A stretch of 20,000 nucleotides of DNA from an uncultured virus (IMG/VR IMGVR_UViG_3300021400_000864) (IMGVR_UViG_3300021400_000864:55125-75124); one strand, 5' to 3'. Shown: positions 1 through 8,786, counted from the first letter of the stretch. The notes: a model not told the origin generated them from the sequence alone. Translations and numbers: made by a program.

Positions 1-70
1 TTGTTTCGGGGTCTGTGTATTTGTTGTATAAGGTTATGGTATCGTTCCACCAACTTGGATAAGTGTTCAT
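1..70 (-). CDS. 5' part of a probable head-closure/virion protein (runs off the window)
   Basis: ATG at 68-70 overlaps the TGA of the 67..402 ORF. Reads MNTYPSWWNDTITLYNKYTDPET. Function inferred from position after the head-tail adaptor. Confidence 0.55.
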   Translation of the reverse strand, partial: MNTYPSWWNDTITLYNKYTDPET

Positions 71-402
71 TCTTCTTTCTTCTCTTTCTTTCTACGAGTT
101 CTCTTAGTTGGTTTTTCAGCTTCAGGTACATCTGATACCTTTTGCTCAAAGTTATAAAATTTCTCGTCATTTTTTGCGTTGTAATCTTTCAAAATTAGGT
201 CATATGCCATATCGCAATCCTTGACTGTTTCACAAGCCTTTAGCATATTGACGATAAATTTATCAGCTCCATACTTTTCAACGTCAGAAAGTACACCAGG
301 TTCGTTTCCTATATACTTCTTATCAAACTTTACGCTGAGATACTTTCCTATATAGACCTTTTTTGTAATCGTGTTTTCTGCTTTAAAAATATAACCTACC
401 AT
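67..402 (-). CDS. GIY-YIG-like protein, probably catalytically degenerate
   Basis: N-terminal GYIF..N....KVYIG, then FD..YIG, KYG.DKF and FYN, as in Seg-type GIY-YIG nucleases; basic C-terminal tail. Confidence 0.6.
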   Translation of the reverse strand: MVGYIFKAENTITKKVYIGKYLSVKFDKKYIGNEPGVLSDVEKYGADKFIVNMLKACETVKDCDMAYDLILKDYNAKNDEKFYNFEQKVSDVPEAEKPTKRTRRKKEKKEE

Positions 403-403
403 A

Positions 404-850
404 TTATTCTCCCGGGTAGATGCCTCTATATAGAAGATTTCTTCCTAAATCATTGATGATACTGCCGAGATACTGTTTTATGAGGTCATCTTTTGTCTTA
501 CTTCCGTTAAGATATGTCATCAACTCTCCACTGCTCATAGTATTGTAGCTTACTGACACACCATCGTTAGTTTCCTGTGTTATACCTGCTTCTTTAGTCC
601 ATCCTACTCCCCATCCTGCTCCACCTGAGCTTGATGCCAGCATTTCATTTTCAAGTTGCTTTAATCTTATAAGCTGGTACATACAACGTTTCAACTCTTC
701 GGTTTCTAAAGCAGATGCCCATTCAGGCTTCTTTAGTCTGTTAAACGTGTACCAGTTTATTGTGCTTTCTGCATCAAACTCTAAATCGTTGAAGGCGGTC
801 TCATCTAATGCTCCGCCGTATTCTGAATATTCGTCATAGGTAAGATACAT
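404..850 (-). CDS. head-tail adaptor/connector protein
   Basis: Directly after the major capsid gene. MYLTYDEY...YTFNRL...ETNDGVSVSY...LLYRG pattern typical of Bacillota phage adaptors. RBS GAAAGGCGG. Confidence 0.75.
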   Translation of the reverse strand: MYLTYDEYSEYGGALDETAFNDLEFDAESTINWYTFNRLKKPEWASALETEELKRCMYQLIRLKQLENEMLASSSGGAGWGVGWTKEAGITQETNDGVSVSYNTMSSGELMTYLNGSKTKDDLIKQYLGSIINDLGRNLLYRGIYPGE

Positions 851-912
851 AGATTCAACCGCCTTTCAAAGATTATGAAATGGAATATTATGAAGAGATA
901 GTGAAGGCCAAT

Positions 913-1980
913 TTATCCGAGCGAGATGATTCTTCCGATAGGAATAGCCTTATGAGGAAGATAAATCTTGCTTGTACCACCAGTATTAACAAGCTCCCAG
1001 TTATCTCCATCAGCAAGTTCAGCATCAGTAGGTGAAAGTGTAGCAATATCACCGATGCCCTTGAAGGAAATTCCATAAGGTGCCCAGCACTGTCTGTTAC
1101 GAGTAATGAGAGTATCATTACCGCCATTGGTGTAAGGGTCTCTTGCCATCTCAGCAGGAACCTTAGCACCACAGTTTGTGTACTCAATAGCGCCTCTACC
1201 AAAGACGTATGTAACATACTTCTTTACAGCAGATGTGCCAGAGCCCTCTGTAATGACAGGCATATCATCATCAACGATAACCATACGTCCGTTGAGAGTA
1301 GCAATGTTGAGGTCTCTCTCAATACCGTTGGCATCATTGTATTTCAGATATACAAGCACCTTCAGGTTCTCAAGGTGAGTAGCAACTGCGGAGTGCATAA
1401 GAGTAAGTGAGAAATTCTGCTTATGGTCTCCGAGAGCTTTCTGCATACCAGTATTGAGTGTGGTAGCATCCATGTAGCCAAGTACGCCTTCACTATTTGC
1501 AACTCCGGATACATCATGAGTATGCTCCTCTACAAACTCAGCACCAGCATCATCGGACATACCGAAGATACCATCAAGAATCTTGATGAGAATAAGCTGA
1601 TTCTGCTCATCCCAATACTCTGCAACCTGCTCTGCGACATTCTGCATGAAGTCTACTCCACCAGTGATGTCGTATGAGAAGTCTTTCTCTGTCCATGCTT
1701 TTGCACGACCAACAACTACTCTGCTGTGTGAGTAGGTCTGTGTGCTTGTTGCTGTGATGTTGGTAACACCATCATAGTTCAGAGGTGTTCCGCCAATGAG
1801 TCCCTTCAGAGGAGTTGTGAGGAAGTTTCCACCAACCTGGTCTGACATAGCGCCAGCAAGCTCGGGTCTTCCAATGATTGCTCCTGAATTGATGAGTGTG
1901 TTCAGGTGCATATTAGGCACTCTGTCCACATACTTCTGGAAAACTTCACCATTAAAGAGTTTTGCGTCAAAAAATGGCAT
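913..1980 (-). CDS. major capsid protein
   Basis: 355 aa, downstream of the scaffold gene; GRAKAW, LNGRMVIVDD and NWELV...IPIGRIIS motifs typical of phage coat proteins; RBS GAAAGGAG. Confidence 0.9.
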   Translation of the reverse strand: MPFFDAKLFNGEVFQKYVDRVPNMHLNTLINSGAIIGRPELAGAMSDQVGGNFLTTPLKGLIGGTPLNYDGVTNITATSTQTYSHSRVVVGRAKAWTEKDFSYDITGGVDFMQNVAEQVAEYWDEQNQLILIKILDGIFGMSDDAGAEFVEEHTHDVSGVANSEGVLGYMDATTLNTGMQKALGDHKQNFSLTLMHSAVATHLENLKVLVYLKYNDANGIERDLNIATLNGRMVIVDDDMPVITEGSGTSAVKKYVTYVFGRGAIEYTNCGAKVPAEMARDPYTNGGNDTLITRNRQCWAPYGISFKGIGDIATLSPTDAELADGDNWELVNTGGTSKIYLPHKAIPIGRIISLG

Positions 1981-1999
1981 AGTATTTTCTCCTTTCTAT

Positions 2000-2671
2000 T
2001 TAATCAAAACTTACAACGAAATCGGGATTTTCATTTTTAGCCTTCATCATTTCTGATAAAGACATCTTTGCGCCCTTTTCTTTACCACCAGGTGTAGAAC
2101 CTACAAACTGAGGGTCGGGCGTCTTAGGAGCTGATTCTTTCTGAATAAACGCATCGGCATTTGTCTTTGCGTATACTTTCATATAGTCCTCTGCCCCTAT
2201 TATCGTTCCATCATCCATAGGAAGATTTTTGTTAATCATTGACCGCTCAAAATCTCGTCTTGCGGCAGAGCTAGAGAATTTCTGCTTACCGGCAAAATCA
2301 CGAACAGCAAACTCATACGCTTGTGCGGATAGCTTTGTCTGCAATGCTGCGGTGTCAGCATCATACTTCGCCTGGAGAGCGGTTAACTGAGAATTTACCT
2401 CATCTAACTTCCCGGCATCACTTCCAGCATTTTCGAGCTGAGATTTTAACTGCTCTAGGTCTGTGTTTCTAGTCGCAATAGTGTCATTCAGAGATGTAAT
2501 CTCCGTGTCCTTCTTTGCAAGGTCATCCTCATACTTCTGTCTGTCTACATACTTGCCTTCTGACAGGTCTGTAAACTTTGCTTTGTTTTCCTTAGCAATC
2601 CGCTCAAACTCCTCCAAGGTAAGAGCTTTGTTTTCAGATGTCGCCTTGTCAAAAATGTCCTTTAGTAGCAT
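2000..2671 (-). CDS. capsid scaffolding protein
   Basis: Coiled-coil, charged protein immediately upstream of the capsid gene, ending ...SLSEMMKAKNENP. Start moved to ATG at 2669-2671, which follows GAAAGGAG. Confidence 0.85.
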   Translation of the reverse strand: MLLKDIFDKATSENKALTLEEFERIAKENKAKFTDLSEGKYVDRQKYEDDLAKKDTEITSLNDTIATRNTDLEQLKSQLENAGSDAGKLDEVNSQLTALQAKYDADTAALQTKLSAQAYEFAVRDFAGKQKFSSSAARRDFERSMINKNLPMDDGTIIGAEDYMKVYAKTNADAFIQKESAPKTPDPQFVGSTPGGKEKGAKMSLSEMMKAKNENPDFVVSFD

Positions 2672-2880
2672 AGATTCTCCTTTCACATTCTTCAATCAGT
2701 TTAATTTATAAAGCCGCAGTCGCTTTCTGCGATGGAATGTACGGTTAGTTTAAATGTCTCACCGCATTGACGAATTTATAATAATCTCATATCGAGTTAT
2801 TACCTAAACCCTGGCAGCCTCACATACTACCAGGGAAGTAGGAGGGTTACAGTGATGACAAAATCAACACCACACCCATA
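2672..2880 (-). ncRNA. putative structured 5' leader of the scaffold/capsid mRNA
   Basis: ~200 nt between promoter and RBS with several stems on the minus-strand RNA: CCCUGGUAG/CUGCCAGGG, CGCAG/CUGCG, ACAUUC/GAAUGU. Confidence 0.4.
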
Positions 2881-2883
2881 ATC

Positions 2884-2912
2884 ATTATAGAACACATTTT
2901 CGAGCCTGTAAA
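2884..2912 (-). promoter_or_regulatory. sigmaA-like promoter for scaffold/capsid genes
   Basis: Minus strand TTTACA-N17-TATAAT directly after the portal stop codon. Confidence 0.7.
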
Positions 2913-4727
2913 CTACTTGGATGCAGAATTTGTCTTACTTGCGGCAGTTTCTGCTTTGTTAAATGCCCCTTGCTTTGCTTTAGCTTCGGGATTATTGTTA
3001 TCGCCCGAGAAGTCTTTACCTTGAGCTACATCACCGAGCTGAGCCTGAGCTTGGATATTTGTTTCCATGCTCTGCTTCTTCTCATCTTCGACTTTCTGTA
3101 ATGCGGCTTTTGCCTGGTTCTCAGTCTCTCCGAAGTACCACATTCTTGTTTCGAGCTTAGATGTGATGCCTGCACTTATCATGGACATTCTCTTTTCAAG
3201 CTCTACTTCCGTATCTACTATAATAGAATCATCCCACTTGAATGAAATCTGATATTCACCAGGAGGAGTCATATTGTAGAGCTTGCAATATACATCCATT
3301 GCATAGACTGTATCTCTTAAGGCATCTTCAAGTGCCTGCTGTATATCCTTGTTTGCGGCATAACTTCTCTGCTTGTTAATCTTCAACTCTGTTGCAGTCT
3401 TTACTTGTATTCCTACATCTTCGGAAAGAGTGCCACGGCTAAAGCCTACAACATCTTCTATTCTAGTGAGTATAAGATTAAGTCCATGAATTATGGAGTC
3501 ATCTCTGAGAGGAGGAGCAAATACTTCATAAGTTTCCTCACTGTTCAAATCCACTTTTCTGAACAATCTCTGCTGTTTAGCGGGCAACTGAGTCTGTACA
3601 GTGCCGTTTGTGAATGTCTGTATGGATAGAGCATCACGGTCAACATCAATAGCAAGTTCACCACCTTCAAACTCCCACAGCATTCTCGAATACTGCTCAT
3701 CGGCATCTCTTATAAGAGAAATTACTCGGCTATACGCTGACACGCCAAGTGGAGAATAAGGGTCAATAGTGTTGGCTTCAGGCATCTTGAAATATCCAAA
3801 CAACAGTCTGTCAACATCTTTTATCTTGACCTCTTCTTCAAGATTAGCCCATTGATGAACTTCTTTTAGACTGCATGGCTTTCCAAGGTCATTAGCATTT
3901 TTTATTACACCTCTTAACATACCATCAACATTCGTTCTGACAAAGGCATAATTATGCACAGTGAGAAGATGGTCCTCTAAAAGATGATGCTCTAACCTTG
4001 TATACATCTTATCTTTATCAACATGGGTAGCTAAAAATGCTACTTCTGTAAGATTGCCATTGCTGTCAAAAGAAAGAGGATAGAATCTGTCTGCCTGTAC
4101 ATAATCAAATCCTATATCATACTTAGGAAGAGGGTTATCAGATGAAAGTCTTTCATCGTCTCCTTCTTTTGTCTCTTTATCTCTTGCCTGAGTCTCTATG
4201 CCGTCATCATGTATTATAGGATAAGGCTTAATTACCAGACCGCCCTTAGCTATACCATATTCGAGCTGTCTGCGTATCTGCTTTATCACCTTTTTGTACT
4301 GCTCATTCATGAAGTCCGCACGTTCAGTAGGTCCATCAGGTTCAGGTTCTGTAATCATCATAGACTCACGACCCATATTTACCATGCCTGTAGACTCATC
4401 TACTGATGGAGGCTCATAGTCAGGATTTTCTTTTTCTACATCTTTCATAGGAGGGGTAATCTCACTCTCCATTTCAAGTGTAGCCATTCTTGCTTTTTCA
4501 CTTGCTATGAGAGCAGGAAGTCCAAGTGAAACGACTCTCTCAAATTCACCTCTCATAACATTAGGCTCTTTTAACCACGGTGCTCTGCCTTCATACATTT
4601 CTGACCAAAGCTGAATCTGATTTATCATCTCTGCCGACATGGCAGGTTTTACAGCTAGTACCTGTTGTATAACATCACGGCCCAACATATGATTTACTGC
4701 TCCTTTCAATTTATCCAATAAGCCCAT
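2913..4727 (-). CDS. portal protein (SPP1 gp6/A118-like)
   Basis: Follows terL; WSEMYEG, FKMPEANTIDPYSPLGVS, TATE and WDDSII motifs; RBS AAGGAG. Confidence 0.9.
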   Translation of the reverse strand: MGLLDKLKGAVNHMLGRDVIQQVLAVKPAMSAEMINQIQLWSEMYEGRAPWLKEPNVMRGEFERVVSLGLPALIASEKARMATLEMESEITPPMKDVEKENPDYEPPSVDESTGMVNMGRESMMITEPEPDGPTERADFMNEQYKKVIKQIRRQLEYGIAKGGLVIKPYPIIHDDGIETQARDKETKEGDDERLSSDNPLPKYDIGFDYVQADRFYPLSFDSNGNLTEVAFLATHVDKDKMYTRLEHHLLEDHLLTVHNYAFVRTNVDGMLRGVIKNANDLGKPCSLKEVHQWANLEEEVKIKDVDRLLFGYFKMPEANTIDPYSPLGVSAYSRVISLIRDADEQYSRMLWEFEGGELAIDVDRDALSIQTFTNGTVQTQLPAKQQRLFRKVDLNSEETYEVFAPPLRDDSIIHGLNLILTRIEDVVGFSRGTLSEDVGIQVKTATELKINKQRSYAANKDIQQALEDALRDTVYAMDVYCKLYNMTPPGEYQISFKWDDSIIVDTEVELEKRMSMISAGITSKLETRMWYFGETENQAKAALQKVEDEKKQSMETNIQAQAQLGDVAQGKDFSGDNNNPEAKAKQGAFNKAETAASKTNSASK

Positions 4728-4763
4728 ATCAGTTCTCCTTTATGAGTGCCTACTTATATATGT

Positions 4764-4792
4764 AGTATAACATTGTAGGACAGTACCTTCAA
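4764..4792 (-). promoter_or_regulatory. sigmaA-like promoter for portal
   Basis: Minus strand TTGAAG-N17-TATACT with extended -10 TG. Confidence 0.6.
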
Positions 4793-4796
4793 CGAA

Positions 4797-6113
4797 TTAC
4801 TGTCCTCTTCTTACCCAATATTTTGATGTAGCATATCTGATAGAGTCTATGCTATGGTTATCTTTATCGGGATAGCCACTGATTACTTCATCTTCCTTAT
4901 CTCTATCATACTCATATTCTATAAATTCTTTGTAAGTTTCGGGGCATCTTACGGGGTCTATATAGATTCTTTTTAGGGATTGAAGCCATTTCATCGAGTA
5001 ATTTATGCTATCCGGGTCTTTCTTTACAGGTCTTGCACCATATGCCCCATAGCTTTTCCAGTCTGATATAGATTTATTCTCTGAACTATCACAGATTATG
5101 ATGTCATCAGGACCTGCAAAAGGACGGTCTGCTATCCTTAGTTCATGGAATATCTTGTCATACGTACCTTTGTTCGATACCTTATTGCACCGATACTCTC
5201 CAAATATATACAGCACTCTCTTTGACGGGTCAAAATGCGAAAGAGTAAAAGCAAAAGGGTCTGGATACCAGCCCCAATCGACTCCTCTTAGCCATCTCTC
5301 AAAGCCTAAAATATATTCATCGTTCATATACATTGGCTCTACATTTTCAAAGACGTTTCCTCCAGTGCCTACAGGTATTCCGAGATATTCATGCTCATAC
5401 GCAAGCGGATTCGTGTCTCGTAAATCAAGTGCCTCATCTATAAACGCTTGCCCTAACCAATCTTCCGGTATATCTACATAATTAGTAGAGGTAACAAGGG
5501 TATTCACTCTGCTCATAGCATCAGTGGCATACTGATTGGCCCAATTAAGATTAGAGATAGGCGGGTTAAAAGAACGAAAGTCCCAAAACTTTATGCCGCC
5601 ACGCATTGTTGACTGTAAGACTTTTCTTATCTCTTTCTCACCAGAATATTGGTCAAGCTCCTCAAACCATGTTATGCCAATATACCCAAAGGGTAGCTTC
5701 ACAGACTTGACTTTATTAGGGTCATCAAGACCCATAAACAATATCTGCTGTCCTGTGGGTTTATAGACGATAGGATTAGCAATGGTCTTGGGTATCTGAA
5801 AATAATCTCTTAGCCCCCACTTGTCTATTCCCCAAATAACCTGGGACCAGACTGAGTTCTTTATAGTATTACCGACTTTTCTGAAAACAAGGGCGTGAAC
5901 TTTGGGATTACTAATCATAATAAGAGGAATCATCTCAGAGATAAAAGATGACTTAGCAGAACCTCTTCCGCCCTTAAAGACATAATGAACGTGCTTATGG
6001 TCTAAAATATCGTCCATAGCATCAAAATATACAGGAGCAATACATTCATTGACATCAAGGATAATCTCACTGTCCTGCTGAGTCTGTTTGCGTGGTCGTC
6101 CTCGCCTGGCCAT
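4797..6113 (-). CDS. terL: terminase large subunit (PBSX family)
   Basis: Walker A GGRGSAKS, Walker B WFEE, FNPP coupling motif, nuclease motifs GVDWG and DNHSIDSIRYA. Confidence 0.95.
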   Translation of the reverse strand: MARRGRPRKQTQQDSEIILDVNECIAPVYFDAMDDILDHKHVHYVFKGGRGSAKSSFISEMIPLIMISNPKVHALVFRKVGNTIKNSVWSQVIWGIDKWGLRDYFQIPKTIANPIVYKPTGQQILFMGLDDPNKVKSVKLPFGYIGITWFEELDQYSGEKEIRKVLQSTMRGGIKFWDFRSFNPPISNLNWANQYATDAMSRVNTLVTSTNYVDIPEDWLGQAFIDEALDLRDTNPLAYEHEYLGIPVGTGGNVFENVEPMYMNDEYILGFERWLRGVDWGWYPDPFAFTLSHFDPSKRVLYIFGEYRCNKVSNKGTYDKIFHELRIADRPFAGPDDIIICDSSENKSISDWKSYGAYGARPVKKDPDSINYSMKWLQSLKRIYIDPVRCPETYKEFIEYEYDRDKEDEVISGYPDKDNHSIDSIRYATSKYWVRRGQ

Positions 6114-6604
6114 TATTCCCTCCTCAATACAAGATGTACTTCCTTGCCGCCACCTACTGAATCACCGACTTCTAACTCACGAAGTCTGCGATTGAGTTCC
6201 TTAGCCGCCGATGTTCTTTCCTGTAAAGACGCATCTATGCCGAACTGGTCTTTCTCGTCACCACGCATTACTCTTGTGAGGTACATCAATATCTCTTTAG
6301 TGTCGGCTATCTGTGAGTCTCGATAGTCATCCATTCTTGCCGCTATCTCTGCTTTGATGTAGTCCTTCGACAAGATAGATTTACCTTTGCGGGCATATGC
6401 CAGCTTTCTGTCTTTTCTCTCAGCACGAACTAAATAACCTGCCTCCTCTGCAGCCTGTCCCGCATCACTGTATTTTATGTACAGCGTGATGAATTTCTCC
6501 TCTTTAGGACTAAGCCTTGTGCCGTCATGCGTAGTCAGTGTAGTGGTCAGTATCTTATTCTTTATGCCATTTCCGTAGGCATCAGGTACCTGTGCTTCAT
6601 TCAA
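6113..6604 (-). CDS. terS: terminase small subunit
   Basis: LSPKEEKFITLY...AGQAAEEAGY helix-turn-helix and EILMYLTRVMRG...ERTSAAKEL; TAATG overlap with terL. Confidence 0.88.
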   Translation of the reverse strand: MNEAQVPDAYGNGIKNKILTTTLTTHDGTRLSPKEEKFITLYIKYSDAGQAAEEAGYLVRAERKDRKLAYARKGKSILSKDYIKAEIAARMDDYRDSQIADTKEILMYLTRVMRGDEKDQFGIDASLQERTSAAKELNRRLRELEVGDSVGGGKEVHLVLRRE

Positions 6605-6963
6605 AACGAATCGCCTCCTTTATACCGGTCTAACATATAGTCTATACTCTTCTGTAAACTCTTTTCTGAAAACACATGAAGATAGCCTTCATTGGGGTTG
6701 TCCTCAACTTTCTTCTGCTGAAACGCATACAGCAAATCCCGCATAAATAGGCAGGCATAGACACCACTAGATGTCTTAAACAACTCCTTGTCAAAATACT
6801 TCCTAAAAGGAATCTCGCCATAATAGCTGTCTTTAATAGTGTACATCTTAACCTGGTGGCCATTTTTAAAAAAGTTACTCTGGTTAATCACTACATGAGT
6901 TTTAAACGTCATATTGAGAGCATTGGCAATGGTTCTTGCTATTGTTATAGGTGATTGTGACAT
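6601..6963 (-). CDS. hypothetical protein coupled to terS
   Basis: 120 aa, RBS AGGAGG, ATGA overlap with terS. Confidence 0.7.
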   Translation of the reverse strand: MSQSPITIARTIANALNMTFKTHVVINQSNFFKNGHQVKMYTIKDSYYGEIPFRKYFDKELFKTSSGVYACLFMRDLLYAFQQKKVEDNPNEGYLHVFSEKSLQKSIDYMLDRYKGGDSF

Positions 6964-7093
6964 TCTGTAATCCTCCTGTCTGTAAACATACTATAACACA
7001 AACAACCTAAAAATGACAATGCCAGCACGGTATATAGTATTGGTCCTCCGAAAAATCCCACGTACCAGCTTATCCAGTACGTGGGACTCGATA

Positions 7094-7209
7094 CGGTTTA
7101 TATAAAATTGTCCAGGTGGTGTCCGAAATTGAAGCGACACGGTATATAGAAAAATGCCAGGCTGTGTCCAGGCGTTGCTCGGTATATAGAAAAGTACCAG
7201 GCTGTGTCC
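7094..7209. repeat. ~30-bp direct repeats upstream of the packaging operon
   Basis: CGGTATATAGAAAARTRCCAGGCTGTGTCC at 7140-7169 and 7180-7209 (28/30 identical), degenerate copy at 7094-7124, partial copy at 7028-7037. Confidence 0.85.
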
Positions 7210-7237
7210 GGGAGTCAACTCGCAAAGCTCGTCACAT

Positions 7238-7251
7238 CGAACGGGTGTTCG
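7238..7251. promoter_or_regulatory. LexA/DinR (Cheo) box
   Basis: CGAACGGGTGTTCG matches the Bacillota consensus CGAACRNRYGTTYG at every position; lies inside a longer inverted repeat at 7230-7259. Confidence 0.6.
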
Positions 7252-7267
7252 GTGTGACGGGGTGGTA

Positions 7268-7283
7268 TGTTTCACGTGAAACA
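7268..7283. promoter_or_regulatory. parS: chromosomal-type parS site (ParB/Spo0J binding)
   Basis: TGTTTCACGTGAAACA, a perfect 16-bp parS consensus palindrome (18 bp with flanks), in intergenic DNA. Confidence 0.85.
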
Positions 7284-7298
7284 TTGTATGCAATTTAA

Positions 7299-7682
7299 TT
7301 ATGCTTTGACTGTAGCAGTCACTTTTTTAACTGCTCCTACTTTTTTGACTGTCGGTTTACGGATTGTCACTATTTCGCCAGTGACTATCGACTCTAAGTA
7401 TGTCCCGTTATACGTTCCGTTATCCGTGATATGAAATATATCTATACTGTCAAAGTCGTTATCATTGCCACTATATGCACATATATGTGATGATACTATA
7501 TCATTGTTTCTATCGACAACTATAGTTGCTATATGAATACCGTCACGGCTGTTTTCGTATACTTCCAACTGATATACATCATATTGTTGATGTATCATCT
7601 CTATGTGATAAAACATCTCATATGTGTGATTATGTGACAATAAAGCCAGTGCTATTTCATTAAGATTTATGAATTTTACCAT
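7299..7682 (-). CDS. hypothetical protein
   Basis: 127 aa, RBS TAGGGGT; basic C-terminal tail ending ATVKA. Confidence 0.7.
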   Translation of the reverse strand: MVKFINLNEIALALLSHNHTYEMFYHIEMIHQQYDVYQLEVYENSRDGIHIATIVVDRNNDIVSSHICAYSGNDNDFDSIDIFHITDNGTYNGTYLESIVTGEIVTIRKPTVKKVGAVKKVTATVKA

Positions 7683-7708
7683 TTTCGTTACCCCTATTCT
7701 TTGATTGT

Positions 7709-7784
7709 ATCGGTCTGGTACGTAACCAGACCGATTATAACTGTTATTTTTGATTTATTGCTACTGCTATAATTAGCAGTAGCA
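7709..7784. other. two perfect intergenic hairpins
   Basis: ATCGGTCTGGT-acgta-ACCAGACCGAT (7709-7735) and TGCTACTGCTA-taat-TAGCAGTAGCA (7759-7784). Confidence 0.75.
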
Positions 7785-7796
7785 GTATAAGCGTTA

Positions 7797-8261
7797 TCAT
7801 GCTACAGTCGCTTTAACTGTAGCGACTTCTTTAGTCTGACGATTGACTGAATGAGCTTGTAAGTACTGTAGAATAGCAGTGACGAAAAACTTTACATCAT
7901 TAGCACTATAGCACTTTATTCTGTATTCTGAAGTATCATTGAAAGATGTATCTATGTTACCGATTAAAGCACTCATGCTGGGAATATCGTATAACCCCGT
8001 TTTAACTCTTATTCCATAGCTGGCTTCTTCTTTACGCTTATTTCCTTTTCTTTCGTGACGTGCCCACACTGTTATGAAATCAGAAACGTTACTTTCAACT
8101 ATGCAAACGTCTTCAGTGTCAATTTTGCTTTTTTCTGTAAGTGCGTACTTCTTATTTTTACCCTCAGGTAACTTAAATAGCTTTGACTGAATAAGCTCAT
8201 TCTGAAGTGCTAACATAGTCTGCTGATTGTCGTTTCTTTCAAAAAGATTGATACGTGTCAT
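7797..8261 (-). CDS. hypothetical protein
   Basis: 154 aa, RBS GAAAGAGGT; ends ATVKATVA. Confidence 0.75.
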   Translation of the reverse strand: MTRINLFERNDNQQTMLALQNELIQSKLFKLPEGKNKKYALTEKSKIDTEDVCIVESNVSDFITVWARHERKGNKRKEEASYGIRVKTGLYDIPSMSALIGNIDTSFNDTSEYRIKCYSANDVKFFVTAILQYLQAHSVNRQTKEVATVKATVA

Positions 8262-8336
8262 AAAATACCTCTTTCTCTGTTTTAACGTCTTTGTCAGCTG
8301 ACAGTCATGTGTTGTGTGTTGTATATCTATAAAGCA

Positions 8337-8585
8337 TTACTCTGCTTTATATTCCATTGTTAACCCGTTACGAAGTGTTATTTTTGCTCCATCACTAAAA
8401 CTTTGTACGTGACAATACCTATCTAAATTATCATGAAATTCTATATCAATATAGTTACTATCCCAGTGACATGTGATAATGTCTTTTATATGTACATCAT
8501 AGTTACGTGATAAATTGTAAGTTTGTATTCTAGCATTGATTAAATCAAAATCAGAAAAGAAAACTCGTATAAAATCGTTACTCAT
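8337..8585 (-). CDS. hypothetical protein (82 aa)
   Basis: Start moved to ATG at 8583-8585, which follows RBS GAAAGAGGT. Confidence 0.7.
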   Translation of the reverse strand: MSNDFIRVFFSDFDLINARIQTYNLSRNYDVHIKDIITCHWDSNYIDIEFHDNLDRYCHVQSFSDGAKITLRNGLTMEYKAE

Positions 8586-8663
8586 GTTTTTACCTCTTTC
8601 TTTCTTTAATTGTGTGTCATTGTCACACAATTAAGTGCTTTTGTTTGTGTCGTTTTTCTTTTA

Positions 8664-8692
8664 ATTATACACTTGACTTTTGTCATAAACAA
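8664..8692 (-). promoter_or_regulatory. sigmaA-like promoter for the three-gene island
   Basis: Minus strand TTGTTT-N17-TATAAT. Confidence 0.55.
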
Positions 8693-8771
8693 CTAAAAAT
8701 TGTGATGTCGTTAAAATAAGTCAAGAAAAATAGTTGTTTTCTACAAAATAGATAAAAAATATCAAGCATTA

Positions 8772-8786
8772 AATTGTCTGACAATT
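8772..8786. promoter_or_regulatory. CodY-box-like palindrome
   Basis: AATTGTCTGACAATT against consensus AATTTTCWGAAAATT, two symmetric mismatches; the palindrome extends over 8770-8788. Confidence 0.45.

Noticed and set aside
888..1217. Alternative-frame ORF overlapping the capsid 3' end (possible frameshift extension)
   Set aside because: No RBS or obvious slippery site, and it would extend only ~8 codons past the capsid stop.
6991..7298. ORFs 6991..7293 and 7116..7298
   Set aside because: They run through direct repeats, the LexA box and parS (the MFHVKH and VSRET peptides are translated parS); no RBS.
7786..7799. CcpA cre-like TATAAGCGTTATCA
   Set aside because: Mismatch at the conserved G2 and overlap with a stop codon; too weak to add to the regulator cluster.
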